Of a stretch of DNA of 64,000 nt, positions 1 to 14,324 are shown one piece after another (the stretch's first letter is position 1; each line of letters begins with the position of its first letter). The DNA is from Chrysomallon squamiferum. Taxonomy: Eukaryota; Animalia; Mollusca. Under the pieces are notes generated by a model. That model made no database searches, was not told the DNA's origin, and saw only the letters and a program-made list of their open reading frames with translations. Where the stretch lies: positions 32,364,001-32,428,000 of the forward strand of contig CM022672.1 in assembly GCA_012295275.1 (NCBI GenBank), written 5' to 3'. Position numbers and translations under genes: made by a program.

Positions 1-609
1 TGGTAAAGTTGTCAACGGTGTAAGGGAAATAACTCTAATAAGGCTTCGTCGAACACGTGACGGGCACCTTTTTTTTCCGCCATATTTAAAGATACGTGAG
101 AAGTGTAGAGTTTTTCTTGGCAGCAAGGATTAATATTTCGTGTTATGGATTTATGTTGATGTTGTCAAGTTATCATGGATTTTAACAATTATAAAGGTAT
201 GTAGTTTATGGCATGAAACAAACAGAAAATTAAGAAATAGTGTCAAGTTATATCACTTTTAAAGTTTTAAAGTTTTATCAGGTCTGTAACTGTAACTAAC
301 TTTCATTACCTCGATTAACACAGACTTCACAATTTCACTGTTAGATGAAAAACAAAAGATAAGTGTCTCTCACTTCGAAAAAAATAGTTCAGCTTGATCA
401 GATGTTTAACTTTGTTTAAATTTAAAATATTAACAAAATACAACGACTCTCACCTTTTAAAAAATATTTACATTAAGTCAAAAACCATCTTGATTTGTTG
501 GTTATGATTCATAAACAAACTGTTATGATTATCATTAATGATTGTGCCCGCCTGTTACTACACGTACTAAAAAGTATTATTTGATTGGGCATTTTTATTT
601 ATTTATTTA

Positions 610-659
<50 letters not shown>

Positions 660-1852
660 GAATTAATATAGGTGGAGCATGGTTACATTGTTATTTTATA
701 ATTTTACTGAATATAAACATCAATGTAAATATATTGTCTATCAGTATATCACACACTCAAACATACAGTTATAATACATTTTGATTCCTCTTCCATATTG
801 TTAATTTATTATTAAGTACATTTGTTCTTAATACCTAGTCTACAGTTATTTTGCTTTTTAAGACAATATTACAATTTTAATGAATTAAAATCACAGCATT
901 TTTTCAATAAAGGAGGAAAAAAGGAAGAAAATTACCATAATTATAAGATGAAATATTGCTTTTACTCCATTATTTTTCACGTTACCATCATAAATTTTAT
1001 TGTAAGTTTTCTCCATTCTCTATCCAGTTATGCAGAAATAATTTATTTTGGAGACATTTATTCTATTTTTTATTTATTTTGTCACATACTGGGGCCCAAA
1101 AATGAGTCTAATTGCTGAGGTATGAAAAGCCATAACTTTGATTCTGTTTTTAAAATGTATTTATTTATTTATTTATTTATATATCACATAGATACCATAA
1201 GTGATAGAAAGGCAAAGGAGACCACAGAGGGCAACAGTAGGTGCCAGCAGGCAAATTTTGTCTGACTTTAATTCATATAATATGCAAAAAAGTTAGCACG
1301 TAATGAAAGCTGTAGCAAAAAGAAACAAAACACACAAAAAGTTATGACTCAAAAGATATATGCAAATATTCTTTCGACAGGTATATGGTCAGTGTTCAGC
1401 CCTATTTTGGCTAATTAGCACAAATGGCTTTTTTGGCCAGCTGTAGTTTGAAAAGTGATTGACACAAAAGACTGAAAAATCAACAAGAGTGATGGGACCA
1501 ACTTGATAAATGAGCTCAATTATTTTCAGACCTGTATGTTTGTATGTGTGTTCACATTAACATGCTAAACATGCCAAAATCTTCAAAATGACATGTGGCA
1601 GAATCATTAAAATTGCAAACTGACACTATAACTTCAGTTTTGGCCAATTGAAAATATGCAACCAGTGTTATGAACAGTTTTTAAAGACCTTTCAAATGGT
1701 ATATTTGATTTTGTACTATAAATATTTTTAGCCCCCATATGAAAAAGTGACTTCTGACTTCACCCAACCAGCAATTTGAATCAAAGTTATTATTTCATTT
1801 CTGAGATGCATAAAGCATTTGTACATCTTCTGTAACCTAACAAAGCCTTTTC

Positions 1853-2990
1853 TCACAGGAAATACAACTGCTTGTATTCACTGAATCTTGCATGAATAGA
1901 ATGAGCATCACATAAGATCGAAATATGTCCATTTGTTGATGTCATTGCAAAGTCTGACAAGCTGACAAATTTGGATTCTACAACTGCCTGGTCTTCTATC
2001 TGTGGCCATTTGTAATCATCATCATTGATGCAACACCTTTCCATAAAACTGACTGTTGCACTCTTGTCATGTAGAATGGTCTGAATTTCTCCTATGTAGA
2101 ATTTGTCTTCATAGCCAATGACTAAGCACATGCCAGATCGACCATACTGGTAGGAGAAACTGTAGTCAGCAATGTCTTCCACAATATTAGAAGCATTGCT
2201 ACCACTGTTGTCAGATGACATTTAATGACATTTTCTTTGAAGTTCTTCCTTCTTTTGTACACCTATGTCTAGCTCCTGTACATTTTGTTGAACCTCACCA
2301 TCAAGAAACTGATTGAGACTGGCCACAAGCTCAGGCAGCTTCTGAATTACTTTCAGAACTGGTGATTTCACCCTCAAAATCAGCTTCTGCTACTGGACTT
2401 CAGCTTTGAGAGCCAAGAGCTGGTCTGTTACCTTTGCGTAGGCAATCAAAAGATGGTCAGTATCTCTTGAGGTTTTGCATGGTCCACAACCTCTCAATGG
2501 TGGTTTCTTTTTTCTGGCTTTGTCTTTCTTTAACTGCAGGCTTCCTTGCACAGTTATCTGTCAGAGCTTCTTGACTCACTGCTATGGCATTCACTTCATT
2601 AGAATTGTGTTTTCTTTACAGTTCTTTTGCTTGTGAAGTTGCCAAAGACAACGTTGCTGCTTTTTTTTCGCTCTTCTGAGAGTTTGGAGAACCAGTTTGA
2701 CATACTCTTGTTTCTTTCTAACATGTTGATGCTGGGTGATAATATGCAGACACATTCCGTCTCTTAAATATGCTGACGTCCAAGTCTCCAAAACACTGTT
2801 CTCCAACATTTGTCAGCTTGGAATGCTGGAGTTTGGCATGCTGTTCAGGGTCTTGGACTGTATGATAGCATCCATCTGGAAGTAAGTCACTCAACTGATG
2901 ATTGATTATATCCAGAAAGCCTGTTGACATTGACTTGATAATCTTACAGACTGCTTGTTTCTTTTTCATATCAAAGTTATCGAAGATACC
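1853..2990 (-). mobile_element. Decayed DNA-transposase-like coding remnant (frameshifted; superfamily not determined)
   Basis: Collinear intronless minus-strand ORF pieces (2718-3080, 2591-2809, 1853-2221). Motifs include QLSDLLPDGCY and TNVGEQCFGDLD, a Lys-rich stretch, and a C-terminal 'Y..KFYIGEI..ATVSFM..YKWPQIED' module of the kind I recall at the ends of invertebrate transposases. The family call is from memory, with no search. Confidence 0.45.
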
Positions 2991-3688
2991 TTGGAGTGAT
3001 TTTAATCTGTTTTTATTGGGTTTTTTTTTGCTGATATATAATTTAATAGGAAAATTATTTTTTTGAAAATTTTGTAACATACAAGTTATTTGTTATTTGT
3101 TTCTCTTGCAGCAGCATAGTACACACAAAACTACAGACTGGCTAGTATTTTTGTTTGCAAACAAATACATTTTTACTCTATTTCTCAGCAAGAAGCCAAA
3201 CAACATCTTAAGGCAATATAAAGGTCAACAACATCGACTTACTATTTTTCAAGCATATATTTAGTTTGAATTTAGCACATGAAATTGTAATCTCACTCAG
3301 CCAAAGGTACGTAAGTCGAACAACAGCTTTTTTGGAGAGAAGGGATCTGTCTTTAGTGATCATTTATGTGAAAACCAAGCAGTAAAATGCAACTTGAAAA
3401 GCACTGATCTATGCAACGATAATTAAAGAAAATCATAAAAAACAAAATTAACCCTTTACAGTGTTTCAAAAAATTACTTCACTATGCATAAACATGCACA
3501 ATTAGGCATGTCCTATATTGAGAAGATCTCACAAAAAAGACAATACAGGTTTGGTACATGAACGTTACGTCTATGCTAAACCTCTCTATTAAATAAATGT
3601 GTATTAATAATTATAATCAGTAAATAAACTGCCTTTAACTGCCAGTATATGCAAATAATTAAAGTTCTGTTTACAGGGAAATGTGCAA

Positions 3689-3888
3689 NNNNNNNNNNNN
3701 NNNNNNNNNNNNNNNNNNNNNNNNNNNNNNNNNNNNNNNNNNNNNNNNNNNNNNNNNNNNNNNNNNNNNNNNNNNNNNNNNNNNNNNNNNNNNNNNNNNN
3801 NNNNNNNNNNNNNNNNNNNNNNNNNNNNNNNNNNNNNNNNNNNNNNNNNNNNNNNNNNNNNNNNNNNNNNNNNNNNNNNNNNNNNNNN
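3689..3888. other. Assembly gap (200 N)
   Basis: Run of N. It abuts the satellite, so the true array length is unknown. Confidence 0.99.
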
Positions 3889-6800
3889 GACAGTGCGACT
3901 GTTACAGTAAAGAGAGGATGTGTCCTGGTCACACTCTCCGACCTTCTCCAGAGAGTGCAACTCTTACATTAAGAGAGGAAGTGTCCGAGTCACACTTTCT
4001 GACCTTCACCAGACTGCGGGACCCTTACATTAAGACAGGAAGTGTCCGAGTCACACTCTCTGACCTTCACCAGAAAGTGGGACTCTTAGATTAATAGAGG
4101 AAGTGTCCGAGTCACACTCTCTGACCTTCAATAGACAGTGCAACTCTTACATCAAGAGAGGAAGTGTCCGAGACACACTAATTAACCTTCACCAGACAGC
4201 GAGACTCTTAGATTAAGAGAGGAAGTGTCCGAGTCACAGTCTCTGACCTTCACCAGAGAGCGGGACTGTTACAGTAAAGAGAGGAATAGTCCTTGTCACA
4301 CTCTCAGACGTTCGCCAGACAGTACGACTGTTACAGTAAAGAGAGGAAGTGTCCTGGTCACACCCTTCGACCATCGCCAGACAGTGCGACTGTTACAGTA
4401 AAGAGAGGAAGAGTCCTGGTCACACTCTCCGACCTTCGCCAGACTGCGGGACTCTTACATTAAGACAGGAAGTGTCAGGGTCACACTCTCTGACCTTCAC
4501 CAGACTGCGGTACTCTTAAGTTAACTCAGGAAGTGTCCTGGTCACTCTCTCTGACCTTCACCAGACTGAAGAACTCTTATATAAAGACAGGATGTGTCCG
4601 GGTCACACTCTCCGACGTTCGCCAGACAGTGCGACTCCTACATTAAGAGAGGAAGTGTCCGCGTCACGCTCTCCGACCTTCAGCAGACAGTGCGACTCTT
4701 ATATTAAGACAGGAAGTGTCCGGGTCACACTCTCTGACCTTCACCAGACAGTCCGACTGTAACAGTAAAGAGAGGAAGTGTCCTGGTCACACTCTCCGAC
4801 CTTCACCAGACAGTGCGACTGTTACATTAAGCGAGGAAGTGTCCGGGTCACACTTGCCGAGCTTCAGCAGACAGTGCAAGACTTACATTAAGAGAGGAAG
4901 TGTCCGAGTCACACTCTCTGAGCTTCACAAGACAGCGGGACTTTTACAGTAAAGAGAGGAAGTGTCCTGTTCAGACTCTCCGACCTTCGCCAGACAGTGC
5001 GACTGTAACAGTAAAGACAGGAAGTATCCCGGTCACACTCTCCGACTTTCAGCAGACAGTGCGACTTTATCAGTAAATAGAGGAAGTGTCCTGGTCACAC
5101 TCTCCGACCTTCACCAGACAGTGTGACTATTACAGTAAAGAGAGAAAGTGTCCAGTTCACACTCTCTGACCTTCAGCAGACCGCGGGAGTGTTATAGTAA
5201 AGAGAGGAAGTGTCAGGGTCACTCTCTCTGACCTTCACCAGACAGTGCATCTCTTACATTAAGAGAGGAAGTGTCCGAGACACACTCTCTGACCTTCACC
5301 AGACACCGGGACTCTTAGATTAAGAGAGGAAGTGTCCGAGTCAAACTCTCTGACCTTCACCAGAGAGCGGGACTGGTACAGTAAAGATAGGAATAGTCCT
5401 TGTCACAGTCTCCGACGTTCGCCTGACAGTGCGACTGTTACAGTAAAGAGAGGAAGTGTCCTGGTCACACTCTCAGACCTTCGTCAGACAGTGCGAATGT
5501 TACAGTAAAGAGAGGAAGTGTCTTGGTCACACTCTTCGACCTTTGTCAGACAGTGCGACTCTTACATTAAGACAGGAAGTGTCCAGGTCACACTCTTTGA
5601 CCTTCACCAGACAGTGCGACTGTTACAGTAAAGAGAGGAAGTGTCCTGGTCAGACTCTCCGACCTTCACCAGACAGTGCGACTGTTACAGTAAAGAGAGG
5701 AAGTGTCCGGGTCACACTCTCCGACGTTCACGAGACAGTGCAAATCTTAGATTAAGAGAGGAAGTGTCCGAGTCACACTTTCTGACCTTCAATAGACTGC
5801 GGGACTCTTACATTAAGGCAGGAAGTGTCCGGGTCACACTCTCTGACCTTCACCAGACAGTGCGACTGTTACAGTAAAGAGAGGAAGTGTCCTGGTCACA
5901 CTCTCCGACCTTCACACAGTGCGACTGTTACAGTAAAGAGAGGAAGTGTCATGGTCAAACTCTCCGACCTTCGTCAGACAGTGCGACTCTTACATTAAGC
6001 GAGGAAGTGTCCGGGTCACACTCGCCGAGCTTCACCAGACAGTGCAAGACTTATATTAAGACAGGAAGTGTGGTAGTCACACTTCCTGACCTTCACCAGA
6101 CAGCGGGACTCTTACATTAAGACAGGAAGTATCCGAGTACACTCTCTGACCTTCACCAGACAGCGGGACTCTTAGATTAAGAGAGGAAGTGTCCGAGTCA
6201 CACTCTCCGACGTTCGCCAGACAGTGCAACTGTTACAGTAAAGAGAGGATGAGTCCTGGTCACACTCTCCGACGTTCACCAGACAGTGCGACTGTTACAG
6301 TAAAGAGAGGAAGTGTCCTGGTCACACTCTTCGACCATCGCCAGACTGCGGGACTCTTATATTAAGATAGGAAGTGTCCGGGTCACACTCTCTGACCTTC
6401 AGCAGACTGCGGGACTTTTACATTAAGACAGGAAGTGTGCTGGTCACACTCTCCGACCTTCACCAGACAGTCCGACTGTTAAAGTAAAGAGAGGAAGTGT
6501 TCTGGTCACAATCTCGAACCTTGACCAGACAGTGCGACTGTTACAGTAAAGAGAGGAAGTGTCCTGGTCACACTCTCCGACCTTCGCCAGACAGTGCGAC
6601 TCTTACATTTAGAGAGGAAGTGTCCGGGCCACACTCTCCGACCTACTCGAGAGAGTGCAACTCTTACATTAAGAGAGGAAGTGTCCGAGTCACACTTTCT
6701 GACCTTCACCAGACTGCGGGACTCTTACATTAAGACAGGAAGTGTCCGAGTGACACGCTCTGACCTTCACCAGACAGTGCAACTCTTACATCAAGAGAGG

Positions 6801-9800
6801 AAGAGTCCGAGACACACTCTCTGACCTTCACCAGACAGTGGGAATCTTAGATCAAGAGAGGAAGTGTCCGAGTCACACTCTCTGACCTTCACCAGAGAGC
6901 GGACTGTTACAGTAAAGAGAGGAAGAGTCCTTGTCACACTCTCCGACGTTCGCTAGACAGTGCAACTGTTACAGTAAAGAGAGGATGAGTCCTGGTCACA
7001 CTCTCCGACCTTCACCAGACAGTGCGACTGTCACAGTAAAGAGAGGAAGTGTCCTGGTCACACTTTTCGACCATCGCCAGACAGTGGGACTGTTACACTA
7101 AAGAGAGGAAGAGTACTGGTCACACTCTCTGACCTTCGCCAGACAGTGCGACTCTTACATTAATAGAGGAAGTGTCCGGGTCACACTCTTTGACCTTCGC
7201 CAGACAGTGCGACTCTTACATTAAGACAGGAAGTGTCCGGGTCATACTCTCTGACCTTCAATAGACTGCGGGACTCTTACATTAAGACAGGAAGTGTACG
7301 GGTCACACTCTTTGACCTTCACCAGACAGCGTGACTTACATTAAGACAGGAAGTGTGCTGGTCACACTCTCCGACCTTCACTAGACAGTGCGACTGTTAA
7401 AGCAAAGATTGGAAGTGTCCGGGTAACACTCTCTGACCTTCACCAGACTGAGGAACTCTGATATTAAGACAGGAAGTGTCCGGGACACACTCTCTGACCT
7501 TCACCAGACAGTGCGACTCTTACAATAAAGAGAGGAAGAGTCCTGGTCACGCTCTCCGACGTTCGCCAGACAGTGCGACTCTTACATTAAGAAAGGAAGT
7601 GTCCGGGTCACACTCTCTGACCTTCTCCAGACTGCGGGACTCTTACATTAAGACAGGAAGTGTCCTGGTCACACTCTCTGACCTTCACCAGACTGCAGGA
7701 CTCTTACATTATGACAGGAACTGTCCGGGTCACACTCTCTGACCTTCACCAGACTGAGGAACTCTTATATTAAAACAGGAAGTGTTCGGGTCTCACTGTC
7801 CGACCTTCACCAGACAGTTCGTCTGTTACAGTAAAGAGAGGAAGTGTCTTGGTCACACTGTCCGACCTTCGTCAGACAGAGCAACTCTTACATTAAGAGA
7901 GGAAGTGTCCGAGCCACACTTTCTGACCTTCACGAGACTGCTGGACTCTTACATTAAGACAGGAAGTGTCCGGGTCACACTCTCAGACCTTCAATAGACT
8001 GCGGGACTCTTACATTAAGACAGGAAGTGTCCGAGTCACACTCTCTGACCTTCACCAGACAGTGCAACTCTTACATCAAGAGAGGAAGTGTCCTTGTCAC
8101 ACACTCCGACCTTCACCAGACAGTGCAACTGTTACAGTAAAGAGAGGATGAGTCCTGGTCACACTCTCCGACCGTCACCAGACAGTTCGACTGTTACAGT
8201 AAAGAGAGGAAGTGTCCTGGTCACACTCTTCGACCATCGCCAGACAGTGGGACTGTTACAGTAAAGAGAGGAAGAATACTGGTCACACTCTCCGACCTTC
8301 GCCAGACAGCGCGACTCTTACATTAAGAGAGGAAGTGTCAGGGTCACACTCTCTGACGTTCAATAGACTGCGGGACTCTTACATTAAGACAGGAAGTGTC
8401 AGGGTCACACTCTCCGACCGTCACCAGACTGCGGGACTCTTACATTAAGACAGGAAGTGTCCGGGTCACACTCTCTGACCTTCAATAGACTGCGGGACTC
8501 TTTATATTAAGACAGGAAGTGTCCGGGTCACACTCTCTGACCTTCAATAGACTGCGGGACTTTTACATTAAGACAGGAAGTGTCCGGGTCACACTCTCAC
8601 ACCTTCACCGGACAGTGCAACTCTTACATTAAGAGAGGAAGTGTCCTAGTAACACTCTCTGACCTTCACCAGACTGCGGTACTCTTAAGTTAAGACAGGA
8701 AGTGTCCTGGCCACTCTCTCGGACCTTCACCAGACAGCGGGACTCTTACATTAAGACAGGAAGTGTCCGGGTCACACTCTCTGACCTTCACCAGACTGAA
8801 GAACTATTATATTAAGACAGCAAGTTTCCGGGTCACACTCTCCGACCTTCACCAGACTGTGCGACTGTTACAGTAATGAGAGGAAGTGTTCTGGTCACAC
8901 TCTCCGACCTCCACCAGACAGTGCGACTGTTACAGTAAAGAGAGGAAGTGTCTTCGTCACACTCTCCGACCTTCGTCAGACAGAGCGACTCTTACATTAA
9001 GAGAGGAAGTGTCCGGTTCACTCTCTCTGACCTTCACCAGACAGTGCAACTCTTACATTAAGAGAGGAAGTGTCCGAGACACACTCTCTGACCTTCACTA
9101 GACACCGGGACTCTTAGATTAAGAGAGGAAGTGTACGAGTCACAGTCTCTGACCTTCACCAGAGAGCGGGACTGTTACAGTAAAGAGAGGAATTGTCCTT
9201 GTCACACTCTCCGACGTTCGCCAGACAGTGCGACTGTTGCAGTAAAGCGAGGAAGAGTCCTGGTGACACTCTCCGGCCTTCACCAGACAGTGCGACTGTT
9301 ACAGTAAAGAGAGGAAGTGTCCTGGCCACACTCTCAGACCTTCGTCAGACAGTGCGACTGTTACAGTAAAGAGAGGAAGTGTCTTGGTCACACTCTTCGA
9401 CCTTCGTCAGACATTGCGACTCTTACATTAAGACAGGAAGTGTCCGGGTCACACTCTCTGATCTTCACCATACTGCGGGACTCTTACATTAAGAGAGGAA
9501 GTGTCCGCGTCAAACTCTCCGACCTTCGGCAGACGGTGCGACTGTTACAGTAAAGAGAGGAAGTGTCTTGGTCACACTCTCCGGCCTTCAGCAGACAGTG
9601 CGACTCTTACATTAAGACAGGAAGTGTCCGGGTCACACTCTCTGACCTTCTCCAGACAGTGCGACTGTTACAGTAAAGAGAGGAAGTATCCCGGTCACGC
9701 TCTCCGACCTTCAGTAGACAGTGCGACTTTAACAGTAAATAGAGGAAGTGTCCTGGTCACACTCTCCGACCTTCACCAGACAGTGTGACTGTTACAGTAA

Positions 9801-11910
9801 AGAGAGGAAGTGTCCAGTTCACACTCTCTGACTTTCAGCAGACCGCGGGACTGTTACTGTAAAGAGAGGAAGTGTCCGGGTCACACTCCCCGACCTTCAC
9901 CAGACAGTGCAAATCTTAGATTAAGAGAGGAAGTGTCCGAGTCACACTTTCTGACCTTCACCAGACTGCGGGACTCTTACATTAAGACAGAAATTGTCCG
10001 GGTCACACTCTCTGACCTTCAATAGACTGCGGGACTTTTACATTAAGACAGGAAGTGTCCGGGTCACACTCTCACACCTTCACCGGACAGTGCAACTCTT
10101 ACATTAAGAGAGGAAGTGTCCTAGTAACACTCTCTGACCTTCACCAGACTGCGGTACTCTTAAGTTAAGACAGGAAGTGTCCGGGTCACACTCTCTGACC
10201 TTCAATAGACTGCGGGACTCTTTCATTAAGGCAGGAAGTGTGCTGGTCACATTCTCTTAACTTCACCAGACAGTGCGACTGTTACAGTGAAGAGAGGAAG
10301 AGTCCTGGTGACACTCTCCGACCTTCGCCTGACAGTGCGACTTTTTCAGTAAAGAGAGGAAGAGTCCTGGTCACACTCTCTGACCTTCATCAGAGAGTGT
10401 TACTCTAACATTAAGAGAGGAAGTGTCCTGGTCACACTCTCCGACCTTCGCCAGACAGTGCGACTGCTACAGTGAAGAGAGGAAGAGTCCTGGTCACACT
10501 CTCTGACCTTCACCAGACAGAGGAACTCTTATATTAAGACAGGAAGAATCCGGGTCACACTCTCCGATCTTCACCAGACAGTGCGACTGTAACAGTAAAG
10601 AGAGGAAGTGTCCTGGTCACACTGTCCGACCTTTACCAGACAGTGCGACTGTTACAGTAAAGAGAGGAAGTGTCTTGGTCACACTCTCCGACCTTCGTCA
10701 GACAGAGCGACTCTTACATTAAGAGAGGACGTGTCCGAGTCACACTTTCTGACCTTCACCAGAATGCGGGACTCTTACATTAAGACAGGAAGTGTCCGGG
10801 TCACACTCTCTGACCTTCACCAGACTGCGGGACTCATACATTAAGACAGGAAGTGTCCGGGTCACACTCTCTGACCTACACCAGACTGCAGGACACTTAC
10901 ATTAAGACAGGAAGTTTGCTGGTCACACTCTCCGACATTCACCAGACAGTGCGACTGTTAAAGTAAAGACAGGAAGTGTTGTGGTCACAGTCTGTAACCT
11001 TCACCAGAGAGTGCGACTGTGACAGTAAAGAGAGGAAGTGTCCTGGTCACACTCTTCGACCTTCGCCAGACAGTGCGACTGTTACAGTAAAGAGAGGAAG
11101 TGTCCTGGTCAAAGTGTCCGACCTTCACCAGAGTGTGACTCTTACATTAAGCGAGGAAGTGTCCGGGTCACACTCTCCGAGCTTCACCAGACAGTGCAAG
11201 TCTTACATTAAGAGAGGACGTGTCCGAGTCACACTTTCTGACCTTCACCAGAATGCGGGTCTCTTACATTAAGACAGGAAGTGTCCGGGTCACACTCTCC
11301 GAGCTTCACCAGACAGTGCAAGTCTTACATTAAGACAGGAAGTGTGCGACTCACACTTCCTGACCTTCACCAGACAGCGGGACTCTTACATTAAGAGAGG
11401 AAGTGTCCGAGTCACACTCTCTGAGCTTCAGAAGACAGCGGGACTTTTACAGTAAAGAGAGGAAGTGTCCTGTTCAGACTCTCCGACCTTCGCCAGACAG
11501 TGGGACTGTAACAGTAAAGAGAGGAAGTATCCCGGTCACACTCTCCGACCTTCAGCAGACAGTGCGACTTTAACAGTAAATAGAGGAAGTGTCCTGGTCA
11601 CACTCTCCGACCTTCACCAGACAGTGTGACTGTTACAGTAAAGAGAGGAAGTGTCCAGTTCACACTCTCTGACCTTCAGCAGACCGCGGGACTGTTACAG
11701 TAAAGAGAGGAAGTGTCCCGGTCACCCTCTCTGACCTTCACCAGACAACGGGACTCTTACATTAAGAGAGGAGGTGTCCGGGTCACACTCTCTGACCTTC
11801 ACCAGACAGCGGGACTGTTACGGTAAGGAGAGGAAGTGTCCTGGTCACACTCTCCAACCTTCTCCAGACAGCGGGACTTTTGCAGTAAAGAGAGGAAGTG
11901 TCCTGTTCAC
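3889..11910. repeat. Tandem satellite of ~130 monomers, 61/62 bp, in two subtypes
   Basis: The anchor GTGTCC recurs at 5641, 5703, 5764, 5825, 5887 (periods 62, 61, 61, 62). The 62-mer core is ACTGTTACAGTAAAGAGAGGAAGTGTCCTGGTCACACTCTCCGACCTTCACCAGACAGTGCG. The 61-mer core is ACTCTTACATTAAGACAGGAAGTGTCCGGGTCACACTCTCTGACCTTCACCAGACTGCGGG. Confidence 0.97.
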
Positions 11911-11949
11911 TAATAAATTTAGAAGTATTAGAAGTATTAGAAGTATTAA

Positions 11950-11957
11950 TGATAATA

Positions 11958-12037
<80 letters not shown>

Positions 12038-12058
12038 AAGAAGAAGAAGAAGAAGAAT
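11950..12058. repeat. (AAT)n(AAG)n compound microsatellite capping the satellite
   Basis: Read directly from the sequence. Confidence 0.95.
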
Positions 12059-12109
12059 AATTATAATAACAGTTCCTTATTGCTGTAATCATATTTCATT
12101 TTTAACAAA

Positions 12110-12850
12110 ATATAACCTGCATCAGGCATCTTATACATGTTTATAAGTAACTCAAGATTTTGATATGCTTATATTATGTTATAATTGCCTTCATTTTTAC
12201 CACAGTATTTCAGAAGTATATACTTTCTGTACATCTGTGTGAATTAAAAAATAATGACCTGAGAAAACATTACAAAGAATATCAATGTTAATATGGCAGA
12301 GTTCTTTTAAAATATGAATACTATTAACCATAGCTGCTTCTGGAATTGGAATAATTTAGTATCTTCGGTAACATTTGGCAACTTCGGAATTAGAAAGTTT
12401 TCTTTTTTCCATCTAACGTTAAACGCACGCATACATACATTACACATATACACGGAAAGAAAAAAGTGTCAGAAAGAAGACCAACATAGTAATGTAAACT
12501 ACCGGTTCTCTATTTACACATAGATTAAACATTTCTTTTAATTTCTTATTTTGTTGAACCAAATACTTACACAAAACAGATTACTTGACGACGTGATTGT
12601 GTGCCCAGGAAGTGACATTATCGAGAGTGCATGAAATGACGTTGTGTCTCAAAACATATGACGTTTTGTACACAGATAAGGGACGATCTATAAAAAATAA
12701 ATTCTGTTTATGCAGAAGGTGCTTGGAAGTTATGAATATAGATGTAAAATAATATTTAAAGCTGTTTTAAAGCAACAAATAATTTAATTAAATATTTATT
12801 CAGATAAAAAGTTTTTTTTAACCAGACCTTTAACTTATCTCTACCCTTAC
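12110..12850. repeat. Diverged repeat with an inverted partner at ~56100-56882
   Basis: For example, cttcggtaacatttggcaacttcggaattagaaagttttc (12363) is the reverse complement of gaaaactttctaattccgaggttgtcaaatgttaccgaag (56589). attctgtttatgcagaaggtgcttggaagttatgaat (12701) pairs with 56256-56292. Confidence 0.85.
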
Positions 12851-13409
12851 TTGTCCATTATACCCAGCATCTGTCAACAAAAATCTTGATCACGTCTAAG
12901 CGTCTTACATTGTACAAATTCCTCTTAGACTGTCTCCTGGGCTGATCTACACACGATTGTGACAAATACAAATTATTTATGTTAGTGATTCAGAATTTTT
13001 TTTTTTAAATAAGAATAATAATAATAATAAAATATAATAATAATAAAAAATAATAATAACAACAACAATAACAATAAATAAAATAAATATAAAAATATAT
13101 TAAAAAGAATGAACAAATAAATGAAACAAAAAATAATAATAATTAATAATATATAATTCATTCATCGATATATATATATATATATAGACATACATACATA
13201 CATACATATATGTATGTATGTATATTGTTTTATTACATATTAAAGAAATAAATAGTTGTATAAATATTTCAAAAAATGATAACAATACAACCATCTTTTG
13301 AATTTATACTCATACAATCTTTTTCTTCTTTCTTTTTAAAAAACAAAATGAAAAAACAATTTTAAAAATATCCCAAAAGAGAGTTAACACATGAAAGTAT
13401 CACTACTAC

Positions 13410-13555
13410 CTTTTCTGCAGATTTAGAAACACTATGGAAACATTTTTCGAGATTGTCATTAAAAAGGCCACATATCCCTTCTGTGACATCACTGAAAAGA
13501 GCAAAAGGGTTTCTACAGGAATCCAGAAAACCAGGAAGTCCTGACTTATCAGTCC
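13410..13555 (-). other. Orphan exon-like segment (unidentified; GTDKSGLPGFLDSCRNPFALFSDVTEGICGLFNDNLEKCFHSVSKSAEK)
   Basis: Pyrimidine-rich acceptor (ttctgttttgtcaactgtag), an open 146-nt phase 1 to phase 0 frame, and an AAG|gtagta donor. I recognise no homologue. Confidence 0.3.
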
Positions 13556-14324
13556 CTACAGTTGACAAAACAGAATTAAAATATTAAATATAGTAACAAA
13601 CCCAGTTATATGATAGAAATATTTTAATTGCTCAATGGGTAAATGGAATTGTTTCTAAAATGGGGAAACTAATTAAAACCTTGGATTAAAGTATTTATAA
13701 ATTTGAAAAGATTTCAATGTTGTTGTTCCTCTTCTTTTGTAACTTTATGATACTAACTTAAATTATAAAATGATTATAATGCAATTTTAATTTTAAGGCA
13801 GCATATATTAATTATCACTGTATTTTAGAAACAAGTAATAATTCAGCTTTAATTATAAACAAAATCACGCACGCACACACACACAGATGTATATAGACAG
13901 ACATACAGAGAGATTATAGAGTCAAACATACGTCAACATGACAGTTTCTAATATTTGAATTTCAAATAATTTACTGCATTTCAATGAATGAGTAACTTCC
14001 TTTCATATTGTAATAAACGCACTCTTGCTTATTTTAGTAAACTAAATATATAACAAAAATAAAAGACAACTCAAATGAATTTGACACACATATTTATTAA
14101 TATATGTAGATAGATAGACAGACATACATACTGAAAGATTGATAAAAAACGTTTTTTCTGATTTCTAAAAACAACAGAATTTATTCAGTCTGTACTGAAG
14201 TGTTAATAGCACTAGATGTACAATACAAATATTCAGACATTTTCATTCAAGACCAAGGAGCTGCTGAATAAAAACTGTAAGTAAAATGTCTGTTTCCACG
14301 TACTTTTACAGAGACAAATGTTTG

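Noticed and set aside
3889-11910. CRISPR-like array, or a protein-coding repeat suggested by the many 60-100 aa ORFs
   Set aside because: There are no unique spacers, only contiguous monomers. Unit lengths of 61/62 are not multiples of 3, so the ORFs cycle through all three frames and hit frequent stops. No cas genes are present and the context is eukaryotic.
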